64,000 nt of DNA from Okamejei kenojei (GCA_035221665.1 CM069137.1:75144001-75208000), one strand, 5' to 3'; shown: positions 25,607-38,475, counted from the stretch's first letter. A program made the numbers and translations. The notes: generated by a model from the sequence alone, not told the origin.

Positions 25607-28600
25607 CGGACTAGTATGGTCTGCCAAGCGATGGTACTTCGCTTTTTTATTACCTCATTTGTATCAGATATTCTCCTGCTATGAGACTGCCACAGTATTT
25701 GTCAATCATTCATTTTCTATCCACCACCTTGCTTTTCTGTGTTTATTTAAGGGTCTACACATCAGCCATCCCTTTCAATAAGATCCTAGCATAATACAGA
25801 ATGCAAATAGAGGAACAATTGCTTGAAATAGGTGCTTATGAAGGTAAGACATACAAAGTCAGTCTTCGGCAAACCCTTCTTAATGTGAATTTTAAAGACT
25901 GGTATTCTATACAGTCCACTTTGGTGGTATTTTGTCTGTAACTGGTCTTATTGCCCTGAACCTCAGCTATGTACTTTTCAGTAATGAACAAACTACGTTC
26001 AACGTCAACAATATGTATTTATTATTTAAAGTCAATATCAAAAAAAAAGATTTTTCTATCACTTATTTATCCTTGACTTAATGTATTTATGTGAAATTTA
26101 TAGAGCTTATACAATCTGACTTTGACCTGTTTGATCCATGTCTGTTACAATCATATTTCTCCTCTTTAGTAAACCTGGGTTAAAACTAGATGAGAGGATA
26201 GTTTCTTGAGCAGTTGTATCAGTGGCTGGTGTTTGTAGATTATGTAAGGATTATCTCTGAAAGCAAATTGTGAGTTATGACTGTAGTAATCAGAGAAAAT
26301 GTGACACTACAGGATAGACAATACATTTCTATAAGAATACTTTATTTCAATTGTCTGGTACTATTTCAACAGATATTTAGAATAAAACGGTGTTCTTTGA
26401 ACAAACATGTAGCCCTCATTTATGATTGCACTACACCACCTTTGTGCCTCGCCATCTTGTCTCCGTACTTCCCAATCACACACCACAAGCGGGCTACAGT
26501 CAAAGGTTGGGACCTGAGCTGTTTGCTCCGTGCTGCTTTCCCTGTGCTTTTGGGATTTAAAAAAATAGACTATCATGTTCAAATGCGACATCATGGGCAA
26601 ATGCGACTCTTTGTTTCACCCAGAAATGTAATGTTGCTGCATTCAAAAGAAACGTTAAGAGGCGGACACAGAAAATACAACGTGGACATAGAAATAATGG
26701 AAGAAAGGAGGAGAAAAATGTGACAAAACAGCAGTAGAAAGTAACTAGAGCGAAAATTAATATCCTAATGATATCTTGATGAAGACTGTCTATTACCCTT
26801 GTTTTACTTTTCCTAAATATCAAACATTTGTGCCACATTAAATATTTCCATGGATATAGATTTAAAGATAAAAGTGAATCTCACTGCAATTCAAGTACAC
26901 CTCGCAATTTCACAGAATTAATGTACAGAATGTGACTGCGTTAGGGAGGCGGCGGTGGTTGTCTGCTACATCCGATGCTGCCCGGGTCACTTGGCCCAGT
27001 GCTGAGCTGGGCAGCGAGTGCCGGCGGGGGCCGTGGGAGCTCCCGGCCGCTGAATGCCGTCTCTGTCCACACCAGTCACCCGCAACCCCAACCCATGTAC
27101 CGCCATCTTGTTCACAAGCTCAGCGGGGCCGTTGTAATCCCTCCAGCAACAAAGATATCCCCCAGGCAGTGAAAAAGTGCATGCCCCTATTTTAAGGTGC
27201 AAATAAACTGTTTATTTCCAGCTTTGAAATCGCCTGCGCTTTGGGGAATGACAGCAAATTAACAATCTTGTGTGGAATATTGCAATAAAGCCAGTACAGG
27301 ACTTTAAATCCTCTCTTAATTTAATTTACCTAGTTTAATTTCTTTCATTATAAAACGTGTAATGACAAAGCTAATGCTGGATGTAGGTACAATGCAGATT
27401 GTAATGCACATCAAACAGCTCCTCGGCGGCTGTTGGTCATCATTAACGCCAACGCTGGAAAGGGATCCTTCAGCCTTGTTTTCTTATTAAGCCACCCACA
27501 CGTCAAAAAATGCCAAATGTTGTCTTTCCAGCAGAAGGGAGTGAAGTCGCCCTCACTCCACTTATTCCCGAAAGCCGATACGAATTCACTGGAATAACAC
27601 ACATAAATGTAATGTTGCATTTCGACTGATTTTTGGAGCCTGAAATATTATGTGAGTGGGGAAAAAATAACAAATATTGTGCTTACTAATTTGTCAATAA
27701 TGTATTGCAGAATGCGCAGCCTGGGGGTTGAAGTGGCAAATAATTTACAAATATTGTTACAAAATGTGGAAAGCTAGTAAATCGCGACAGCTGTATTCAG
27801 AGAGAGTCTCCGAGATATTACTTCAAGAAGATTTAAAGAAATGGCTTGTGGGTGTTTCTGAATGCAACAAATAACAAATGCACGGAAGTTGTTTGTATAC
27901 ATGGTGCGCTGCTCGAGATGGATAAATTGAATGGTGCTTGTTGAGACTGTGCAGACACAGAATAAATTGCACGATTAAAACAATTTCTAATGGCCCAAAG
28001 GGGAAAATGAAAGTAAAGCTAGAACTGTCTACCATGCTAGTTTATATTCATGGTAAAATCCAGAGTGTGTCTGAAAGTAATTCTCCTGTTTGCCTTTGCC
28101 AACTCCAACTGTCCAGGGTCCTGCTTTGACCACAGCTTCTGTCCATTATTCTGTAAGGAAGAGTCTTGCGATCTTTGTCAGAGCTCGGAAGATTAATTGA
28201 TTTGTCGTTCATTACTCGACCCCATACATTCGCTGGCAGGACTTGACTCAAATGTTCCTTTCTGCTCCATGAAATAGCCACACACCAAGAGAAGAATATT
28301 TTGTAGTCCCTACATTTCTTACTTGATAAAACCGCTTCTTCAATACCCAACCCGACATGCTATGACCTATAAAAGGCAGAGGAAATGTTACCTACACCTT
28401 CATGTACTTTATTTCAGAATCGTTGAGAAAGCCGATCTTATTTTCCACTCTTGCCATTGGTTCAGGCGATCATGTGACGATAAAATCAGCCTCATCTCAA
28501 CGTCGGGACCGTCTATTCAATAGACATAGTTTAATAATAGCACACTCCCTTAGTGTTTGCAATCAGTATATTTTATAAATATACATTTTTTTTCAAAATA

Positions 28601-28643
28601 ATTGTCAAATAAGCAATTTTCCACCGATTCTCCCCGAGCAGAA

Positions 28644-28989
28644 ATGAACAGCGAATTTGAGCGAGAGGTTGGTTTTATCAATAGTGAGCCATCGCTTGCC
28701 GAGTGCCTGCCATCCTTGCCTCCTGTAAGCGAGACATTTCAAAGTTCATCAATCAAGAACTCGACGCTTTCACATTCGACACTGATTCCTCCTCCTTTTG
28801 AGCACAGCTTCTGCAGCTTGGACCCTGGTAACACACACCAAAATGGGAAAACCCACACTTCAAAAGGCATTGGTCGGTCCACGTTAAGGGACAAACCTCT
28901 GGAATACCCGTGGATGAGAGAGAAGAAAAACCACAAGAAAAAAACTATTCCCGCGCCAGGATCAGTTTCGTCTTGTTCTTCCAATGAAG
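28644..28989 (+). CDS. hoxd2: Homeobox protein Hox-D2, coding exon 1
   Basis: [46 protein letters not shown] (PG2 signature), EYPWMREKK hexapeptide; phase-1 donor GAAG|GTCGGG at 28989/28990. Promoter ATTGG 28456-28460 and CATGTG 28471-28476. Confidence 0.92.
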
Positions 28990-29349
28990 GTCGGGTCAAT
29001 AATATTTACTTGTATTTTAGTTTTAATTTGGCGTTCAGAGGTAGTGGTTATTTTCAAATTAAAGGTCAATTCTGAAGCAGAAACAAAGGTTTAATTGTCT
29101 GAAAGGTGTCATGCCTATAAAATGCTCACCCCTTCTCTTAACAGGATTCAGAAAGTAAAGCTCTTTTGATCTTGTGTGCTTACCAATAGCCGGACTATAC
29201 TACAGGAGAGCATCCGTATTATCTATCTATTGCTTTGCTTGGGCCATTAATGAAAACATTCGGTGTCACGGAGACGGCCATTTTATGTTGCTGGATTATT
29301 TGGTTTAAAATTGAGATGATTTATCGAAACTTTTCTTTATTTGTTACAG

Positions 29350-30092
29350 AAAACGAAGAGCTTAATGAGCCGGATAACGGGAGTCCTTATGACAGCTCCA
29401 GGAGACTACGAACCACTTACACTAACAATCAGCTATTGGAGCTTGAGAAGGAATTTCATTACAACAAATACCTTTGTAGACCACGGAGGGTAGAAATCGC
29501 AGCTCTCCTCGATTTAACAGAAAGGCAAGTCAAAGTCTGGTTTCAGAACAGACGCATGAAACACAAGAGGCAAACTCGATTCAAACAAAGCCAAAATGCC
29601 GAATCAAAGCGCCACATTGCCAACAATGTTAATCAGAGTGGATTTTCCACGAGAAGTTTTGAGGCACCTATAAATAAAATTTTGAGTTCACTATACAGTG
29701 AAAGCACTACAAAGCAAGATATATGTGCTCTTATACATAAAGATACATTGAGCGACATCAGCAGAGATCTGCTCAGTGTTGGTTCCTCTCTGATCCCCAC
29801 TGAGGGATCGGAGAGCCATCCTTTCCCTCAGAGTTCAGATGAAACCGACTGCCTGCTACCTATACTGAAGAACTGCTCAGCTGGAACAAGCCCCAGTAGT
29901 CCGGAGAGCTTCAGTATCCCATCTCTGGAGGACTTAGACAAAATTACAATCGAACCCCGTCTAGATCTGCTGGAAGATTTACCTCATATGTCTTTGTTGG
30001 AAAACGAAGACACGCTGGCTATTCCGTCCAATGTGTTTGACTTTTTAAGTGACAGTTTTAGTTCCACTGATTTGCAGCAATTGCAGTTTTAG
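29350..30092 (+). CDS. hoxd2: Homeobox protein Hox-D2, coding exon 2 (homeodomain)
   Basis: Acceptor ttacag|AA at 29349/29350; [60 protein letters not shown]; PG2-type end DLQQLQF*; spliced 362 aa; AATAAA 30297-30302. Confidence 0.94.
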
Positions 30093-33000
30093 TTCGAAAT
30101 GTAACATATCCATACACACTCTGCTGAGATACTCTAACGTGTGCTATCTCCAGCAGCTACGAATTAATTGGAAAGTCGTGTCATTTAGTACAATCCTCTT
30201 GGTCCGAGGCATAATCAACTATGGACCTCAGTTCATACCAGCATTATGCCATGAATGAAAACAATGAGTTCAGAGAAAATTTAATGAAGTGCAAGAAATA
30301 AAATTATTTTCAATATTTTATTTTGAATAGTATAAATATGTCCAGTATTGCAGATTTTCCAAAACGAATTACGTTCTTAAATAACAGATTATATATTAGC
30401 TTTGTATTTTAAAAAATCAACATAAAAATATGCAAGCAAGGATAAAATATAACAGTTGATTGTGTCCATTCTGACTCTGCCGATCACATTCAGCCCCGTA
30501 GATGATCTGTGTCAGTCCAAAATCTAAAACAGCCACATTCCTGGAAAAAAAATTAAAAAATCAACCAACAATCAAATAAAAATAGCAATAATTGTGTTCT
30601 GGATGAATCAAAACTCACTATTTATGATAAAACTATTGTTCCTTATAACAGAAAGATTGGTTGTTTTAGAAACTACATTAATTATAAATCGTGGGAGCTC
30701 CTTTCAGGCTTATGGATCTCAACAATTTTAAAAAATCAGGTTTTATAAACCACTAAAGGATCATTTTTTCAAGCTACATTGTGAATCTTTATTCATAATT
30801 AAATATCAAAGATGTTTTTGTTATGATTTTAATACCTGAAAGGTTACAGAGATCCTCTTCATTCTCATGAAGGTGTATGTAATTTTCAATTATAAAACTA
30901 CCCGGTTATTTGATTGTTGTTCCTGAAGAAAACTGTTAGCGATACCAAGGAAAGGCGCCATTTTGTTAGACTAAGGATTTAGCAGCTGTATAGTCATATA
31001 TGAGCACCCACTGACAGGAGGTGGGAGAACAAAAGGTTCATATATAACTCAATTTCCAGCTTCCAACTAAGAAATGCGTGACATTTGGAAATATAAACCA
31101 AATATGAATACATTTCCAGCGCTGAATAACAAATCAAATGTATTACATAGTGTATTACAAATGAATGAGATAGCAAATCAAATTTGTATTTCAAGTGGGC
31201 ATACTTTCTTCGGCTTCCACAATTTGAGGCCCGATTACGTGTGATATTTCTATTTCTAAATCTTGTGCACTACTTCGAGGAAAACAATCTTCGCGCTATA
31301 TCTAGAGTCTAAAGTTTAAAAAAAATGGCAAAGATCTAATTGTAACAATTTTTTTTAAACTCCATGTAAAGGTAATGTTGATATGACCGCTCCCCCCCCC
31401 CCCCCCCGCAGATTTATTGTTAAAACCTTGATTTTTAAAATCTTATATTCTCGAAAAATATTTACCCCAGCCATTTATCAATTTTTACGACTTCATGAAA
31501 TTTATTGCGCTTGATGGTGGCTGAAAATAATGTAAAGGGAAATAAACTGAATCATAGTCTAAGCCAGAAATTCACCAGTTCTTTCGAAGAAAAGATGCAA
31601 ATCGTTTCCTGTTTCTGAAGATGAACACGTGTGCTGTATAAAAAAAGTCTACCTTAGGCGTTCAGCAGACAAAGAATAACATTTTACTTAGGGGAATAAA
31701 AGCAGTTTTAAAATATTTAACACGCCCACACACATTTTTATTAGTAACCACTGCTGATTGTGCCAGAATTGCGCGTTGGAACGCCCACTAGGCACATTTG
31801 TAATGTCCAATAAATATTTATTTTTCAAAAATCCTTTTATGTCTTTTTTTAACGAGAAAAAACGACCTGTGAGCAGCCAAATCATATGAATCTATTTGTT
31901 TTATATATTAGGCAAGATCACGCTTTTATTACAAAACGCTCGAGGAAAAGTCCTTTCCATTTAACGCTTAACTGCCAAAAAGTGGCAAATGTTTTAATTT
32001 ATTTAATGTCATTATTTACTTGAAAGAAACATTTAATTAATTGCTCACGGTTCCATCAGAAACGATACATTCAAAAGAAGTTATTAATCCTCTTTAACTT
32101 CACTTGCAAATATATCACAGCAAAAATAGTAAACACTTTTCAGCATATTTAATTGTAATGTGTTTATTCCATCTGCATTAAACGCTGATGAAATTAGCAA
32201 TAAACTCACTTAATTCCTTCCCCGTCAAACGTTGTGCTTTGGTTCCAGTGCACACAGATCACTCCGTCCAGCTTGTTCACAGAAACAAGTGGCTCATTGG
32301 GTTATGAAGATTTTACCGTTTTATTTAGAGGAAAACAATAAATGCTTCCCAAAAATATTAAACTCCCACTCAGAAAAAAAAGTGAGTGCGTTGTTTAGTG
32401 TTCTTGGCAATAAACAGCAGCTCTCCAGGAACCCTTAAGCAAACGGTCACGTGACAGCAAAATCAGTCATCATATTTCATGTTTATATTGACAAGTAGCT
32501 GGTATATTTACAACCACTGTTTCCGTTTATTTTACAAACGTGATGGCTATAAAAGCGCGATTGCAAATGAAAAGGAAGGCTAATTTTGGAATTTGAAACA
32601 AGGTACTAGCAAATAAGGAGTTCTGCTGAAAGACTTGCAGCTAACTCTGGATGCAAGGCTGTCAGTGGGGCATTGTTAAGAGTTCATCAATCATGAAATC
32701 TGCACTTTTCCCTCGACAGCAGTTCCTCCTACTTTAAAGCAAGCCAAGGCCAGCTGGGATCCCTCCAGCAACCGCTGCCAAAGCGGACAAATGTGAAAAC
32801 GAATAACACACCACACTACAGACGAAACCTTCCGTACGGCTAGTCTTCGGCAAACCTGGATCCCAAGTTACTGCTCGTTAAAGAGGGTAAAGCATTTCAA
32901 GGACACCAATAATACTAATTTGGATGCGAAAGCTATGTGTGCTTAAATTATTTTCATGTATGACTGCTTTGGTGGTATTGGGTCATTTGCATTAACCTCT

Positions 33001-33220
33001 TAAAATGTGGCACTAATAGATGTAGATTGAAGGAATCCCTAATGTATAAAACCCCACTATATTTTATTTACAACCTTGCATTTCCTCTTGTCGATTCACA
33101 GTACAGTTAATGGAAAACTAGTATAATTGTTATTACTGACGGGGATTGAAAGAAAATCCAGATATCTATTTTTGGTGCTGAATAAAGGAACTTAGCTTGG
33201 AAAAATAGAATGCATGACTT

Positions 33221-33353
33221 GATTCTTAATTAGTACGGGTGTCAGGGTTGGGGGTGGGGGGGGGGGGGGGGGGAGATAGATCTGATGGACCGAATTGATG
33301 GGACATGATGGGCCGAATGGCCTAATTCTGCTCCGAGAACTTATGAACTTATG
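33221..33353 (+). mobile_element. CR1-type LINE/SINE 3' tail fragment between HoxD2 and HoxD1
   Basis: ATGGGCCGAATGGCCTAATTCTGCTCC followed by (AACTTATG)2 tail; similar to the CR1 3' ends at 51667 and 63121. Confidence 0.7.
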
Positions 33354-35789
33354 ACTTCAATCGCTGCGAACGATAAAGTGAAAGCTAAACTAGTTCAGGG
33401 ACAGTCCTGGGATTCTTGATGAGTTACAAAAGCAAAGCAACTCGCCCCCGAATGGTTATGTTTCCAAACTGATCCTTTCATCTCCAGATGTCGAAATGGC
33501 CCACATCTTTCCCACTTCCCATCCCCCACCATCACTCCAATTCCGCCCCATGTGATTACAGCATTAAGATGGAGACTAGCCTCCTACGTATCCGAGATTT
33601 TATTGGAAAGCGTGGGAAATTTTTTGACATGGTTAGTTTATTTCACAAACCCCGAACCAACTCCGAGTAATCTGCACCAGGAGAACTTTTATCTTCAAAT
33701 GGTTGTTTAAATACTGCAGAAAAGTCACACCCACTGTGTTAGTTGTTTTAAGTGCCTTGTATCGAGTGAAACTATATGATTAACCGGCGTCATATGAAAA
33801 AGTGCGCCATTCTTTGAATCTAGATTCAGACTTTAATTTGGGTATAGTCCCACATAATTTAATGGAGTGAACATAATCTGAGATTTAAAAAATAAGTGTA
33901 TCATCCAGTTCGGATATGTCGCGCAATGCATGGTTCAATCATTTTCACCTAATACTGTCCAAATAAAAGGATCTGTTTCAGGATTTATTTCAACTACTTG
34001 TGGGCGAGATCATAGCCAGGGGTTGATAGTATTACAAGCAAGACTAGTTGCCTGTGTATTTAAGCAACTAAGCACGTGGGTCTGATACTGCCCCTTCATT
34101 AAAAAAATGTAAAATTGCGATTAAATTAAATAAATATTGAAAGGTTTCCTACTCTTTCAAATAATCAATCAAAACCTTTTGGCAGACTTGCGTGCAGCGG
34201 TTAAAAGAAAACAACATCATAAAACTTTCAACATTGTTTGGATGTGGAATGCATAGGTTTTTGAAGCTTTGGGAATCGGAGTTAACTTTTTGCATTTGCA
34301 AATCACACTATTGTCGGTAAGATAAACGATTCGGAGCTGTGCAATGTTAAATTATGCAGAAGGTGTTCCGAAGTGAGCGTCTTTATATCGCTGGCTGCTA
34401 AACATACAGACGTGTACTAATACTTTGCTATCAGCACAAATGTAGAGGCACTTGCTGTGGATCCCGATTCCATGCGGTTGTAAAGCTGCACATCAAAGAA
34501 CAATGTAAATATATCGATACAAAGAAAATGATCGTGATTGCATCGTAGATATAATTCCGTATAACAACAATATGGAAAGGGGAGTGTTTTAATATTTCAT
34601 TTAAACAAGGAACACTGTGTTTATGTAACTTATCTGTGACTATACTTCAAAAGTATTTCACTGGCGTTGAAACATTTAGGGGCGTCCTGAATGGGACCTG
34701 AACGGACGCTATATAAATGCGAATCTTCAAAACATTGTTATGATGTTTTTTCTTTTTTTTAAGTTTGGAATGCTGCGTATATCCTTCACAAAACACGGAA
34801 GAGGCATATTAGCAAAAGACAAATGTGAAGTGAATGGGAATGCGCATATGCTGAATTGTGTATGCAGGAATTTAGTCATTTGCAAATCCGTGGGAACTAT
34901 GCTTTCAAAGCTCTCAAACTCACTTCCCTCTGAATTATGCATAACAGTTTTTTAAAAGATATGGCCGCAACGTGGACTGGAAAAGCTTTTCCACGCCGAA
35001 CCTTTTAAGGCAAAAGCGCAAAATAGCAATGGGAAACTTTATTACTGCTGTGGCCCTCAGCAACATCCGATTGCGAGGGGACACGAGAGCAGAATGTAAG
35101 GGAATGACTCGGATGGCCAACTTTGAGCATTTAGGCAGAGGGATTAGAATTCACTTGTAGATCGGTAGGTACAGACAAGAAACATAGCAGAAATACCGAC
35201 GCTAGGCAAACACGCTGCAAAGAGTTATTATAAATTCAGAACCTTTATATCGATCATACATTCACGCTCTTTTCATACGATTAAAGACGTTTCTTTCAAA
35301 CAAAAACAATTGTATCCATTAACACAAATCTTGTTCAGGCTTCAGACACTGTGCCAACAAGCTAGCGAAATGAATGAGAATGCATACTGCCCCTGGCGAT
35401 TAAAAAGAACAATTGCCAGAAAGTGCTTTGCCAGGTCAAAGGCTTCTACTCAGTTTCTACCACGGAAATGTCCCAGGATTATATGTGCACACATTTGCCA
35501 AATGAATCACAATATTAAATTGTAGTATCGATTTCTCTGAACAAATGTAATTACTTAATTATACAGTCGGGAAAACATTATATTTTTGTTTTTAAAACTT
35601 TACAATTTAAAAAGTTAATATGATGATCATCATCATAATATCATCTAAATATGAATCTATTTGTTTAAATTCATATTTATCACTATTTAAATATATAATC
35701 GTTGTATCACAAAACGCTATATGCAGCAGGTGGAGATAGCAGAGTGTAAGAATTCAGATTCAGCAACGGGTCATACCTCTTTGGGGCCT

Positions 35790-36190
35790 CCCACCACCCC
35801 GCCTGCTGACCTCCCCCCCTCCAACCCCCCCAAACCCCCCCCCCCCCCCCACTCCTCCCCCCCCCCCCCCCCAACTGCTCACCCCCCCTTCACCCCTCCT
35901 GCTCCCTCCTCCCTCCCCCCCCCTGCTAACCCCCCGCACCACCCCACCTGCTCATCCCCCCCACCACCCCGCCCGCTCACCTCCCCCCCCCCCCCACTGT
36001 TCACCCCGCCACCACCGCGCCTGCCCCCCTACCCCCCCCCCCCCCCCCCCCGCCTTGCTCACTCCCCTCCCACCCCGCCTCCCTCCCCCGCTCATTCCTT
36101 CCGGATGAAGGGTCTCAACCTGAAACGTCGACTATCGATTTCGTCCACAGATGCTGTCTGGCCCGTTGAGTTCCTCCAGCGATTTGCTTC
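35790..36190 (+). mobile_element. C-rich low-complexity tract followed by a PLE-terminal-repeat-derived element
   Basis: Poly-C tract then CGGATGAAGGGTCTCAACCTGAAACGTC...AGATGCTG..TGAGTTCCTCCAGC, homologous to the PLE terminal repeat, which is also preceded by C-rich sequence at 54640-54720. Confidence 0.7.
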
Positions 36191-37200
36191 TGCTCAATAC
36201 TGTTCAGGCAGGTGAGCAAAAAGGAAGCTCTTAACCTACTTCAGTCTCTTATTTATATAATTACACATTATACCTATTTCAGTTTTGATGCAAATATTAG
36301 TGCATCTTTTAGTGCCATTATTAAACATGACAAGTTACCGTTTGGAAAGATAAGGACATCTGCTTATTTATTATATCTCCAGGAAGAAAGTTAATTGGTT
36401 TTTCTACGTGTTTGAACAGCAGACCCCAGCGTTAGCAATCGCAAACTCTCGATCTACGGGATAATCCGACGTAATTTGGTCGTTTTAAACGCCCCTTTAA
36501 CTACTCCCGAAAATCATTTCCAAACAGATCTGACCATGGCGTTGTTTGGCATTACTCTGAAGCAGCGCATACCAGAGAAAAAGGCTTTAAAAAATAAAAC
36601 CTAGTTGCACCACGTTGCAGAACGGGACCCTGCCAGGAAAACCTGAAACTGTTTAAAAGGCCTTTAGACGTATTCTGTCATTGATTTGTTTGTGATGTGA
36701 CTATAGTAACTCAGTCCGTGACTCTGTCATGATTGCACCCCCTATTTTGATGATCACCCTGCCATAAAACTAGTGCTAGCAGCAAAGGAAGAGAGCGCCT
36801 TTACGCCGTGTGCATCGCCCTCTCCTTGCTGTGCATCGGTAACACGCGTCTACGACCCCAGGTAACAGCGAGCGCTTACCTCTCGGAGCATCGACCGTTG
36901 CATGGGCTTTGCACTGCGGACGTCTCTGCGCGCTGTGCTGATGATGTGATCCTAATGGAAGATGAGCGCAATGAAGGGTCCACTCCTCTCGGAGATAAGC
37001 GGGGACCTCCGACCGCCATGGAATAGCGCTGCTAGTGGCTGCTGTGATTGGGCGGGCGTGGTAACGTGACTTTCCTGCTCTATATTAGGAATATTTACTT
37101 CCTCTACGTCGGAAGTGAAGGATCTGTTATGTTGTTCGGGAATAGACAGTAATCAACCCGCGCCAAGCATCGCATTCCCCTCCAGCCCGTCATTGGAAGA

Positions 37201-37780
37201 ATGAACTCTTATTTAGAATATATCCCGGGTGCAGATATTCTGACGTTTTCTCCAAAGTTCTATCGCAGCGATTCCCCATGTGTCCCGTTGAAGCAGTGCT
37301 CCGGAGAAGGTCGTTTTGGAGCAATTGGACCGGAAGGTAATTCATCTCTCGGCCATCGTCACCTCAATCATCTCCATCAAGCCGTGCCTGCTAGTCTCGA
37401 ACTGTACAGCTACAACTCCTCTCCAACTGCCGATGCTAACGTCCTAGCTCAAAGTCACCAGGGCTGTGACTTTCCCTACGCTGATCACCAAGAGCTGGAT
37501 GACACTGGTGGACTTTTCTCATACACCACCTCTGTTTATTCAGGAGGCACCTCTTTACCGTTCAGTGCGCGCCGGCATGAGTACAGTGTATTTGGTGATC
37601 AGGAGGAGGAACAATATCAAACCTATGGCAAAGAGTTCCCAAACTTTTACTCCGGGCAATACCAGAGTCTATCCCCTTCTCAGGACCTTTACCAAAGTCC
37701 GGAGTCTCCCACAACCGTAAGAATCCCCACAGCGAACACCTTCGAATGGATGAAAGTGAAGAGAAATCCTCCCAAAACAG
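37201..37780 (+). CDS. hoxd1: Homeobox protein Hox-D1, coding exon 1
   Basis: MNSYLEY N-terminus (PG1), TFEWMKVKRNPPKT hexapeptide, donor ACAG|GTCAGT at 37780/37781. Confidence 0.95.
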
Positions 37781-38077
37781 GTCAGTTTAACCTTTAGGTG
37801 AGAATGCTCTTCATCTCACGCATCTGCGCTCTCGTGGGTGCCGTCTGTAGCGTGCGTTCAAAGCAATAATATAGTGCTAACCCTTTCTAGACACCGAGAT
37901 AATGTAATTGGTGAAAGGTGTGGTTCTTGGTGTTCGTTTTCACTTCCCACGTTCACATTAACGACATTAATGTTGTTAGAACACAAGGATAGTGAAGTGA
38001 AAAAGTGCCAATGTTGAAATGTGCTTACTTCTGCTTCCCACGAAACACTGCTTAACTCGCCTCTATGTGTTTTGCAG

Positions 38078-38475
38078 TCAAACCAACTGACCAGGGAGTC
38101 GTCAGCCCCCTCAACAGTGTGCGCACAAATTTCACCACCAAACAACTGACAGAATTGGAGAAGGAATTCCACTTCAATAAATACTTAACGCGGGCCAGGC
38201 GTGTGGAAATAGCGAACGCTCTGCAGCTTAGTGAAACTCAGGTGAAAATTTGGTTCCAGAACAGAAGAATGAAACAAAAGAAGAGAGAAAGAGAAGGCCT
38301 CCTCGGCAGTCTAGTCTGCTTGGGCGGTAGTCAGGACTCACCGCTCACAGAAACTTCTGAAAAATCGGACTCTTGCTCGCCATTGCCTTCCCCACCAACA
38401 ATGAGCATTTCAGAAACTCCCAACTTCGCTGAATTTGAAATAATTGTAGCGAAAAAAAGCAAGACTTGGTTTTGA
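38078..38475 (+). CDS. hoxd1: Homeobox protein Hox-D1, coding exon 2 (homeodomain)
   Basis: Acceptor tttgcag|TC at 38077/38078; [62 protein letters not shown]; stop TGA 38473-38475; spliced 325 aa. Confidence 0.96.

Noticed and set aside
35721-36215. 164-aa proline-rich ORF
   Set aside because: Translation of a poly-C low-complexity tract (possibly error-prone sequence) plus a repeat copy; no splice or homology support.
4337-38475. Assignment to HoxA, HoxB or HoxC cluster
   Set aside because: miR-10b sequence, the MLF-type HoxD3 extension, TFEWM in Hox1 and downstream mtx2 exon 1 all indicate HoxD.
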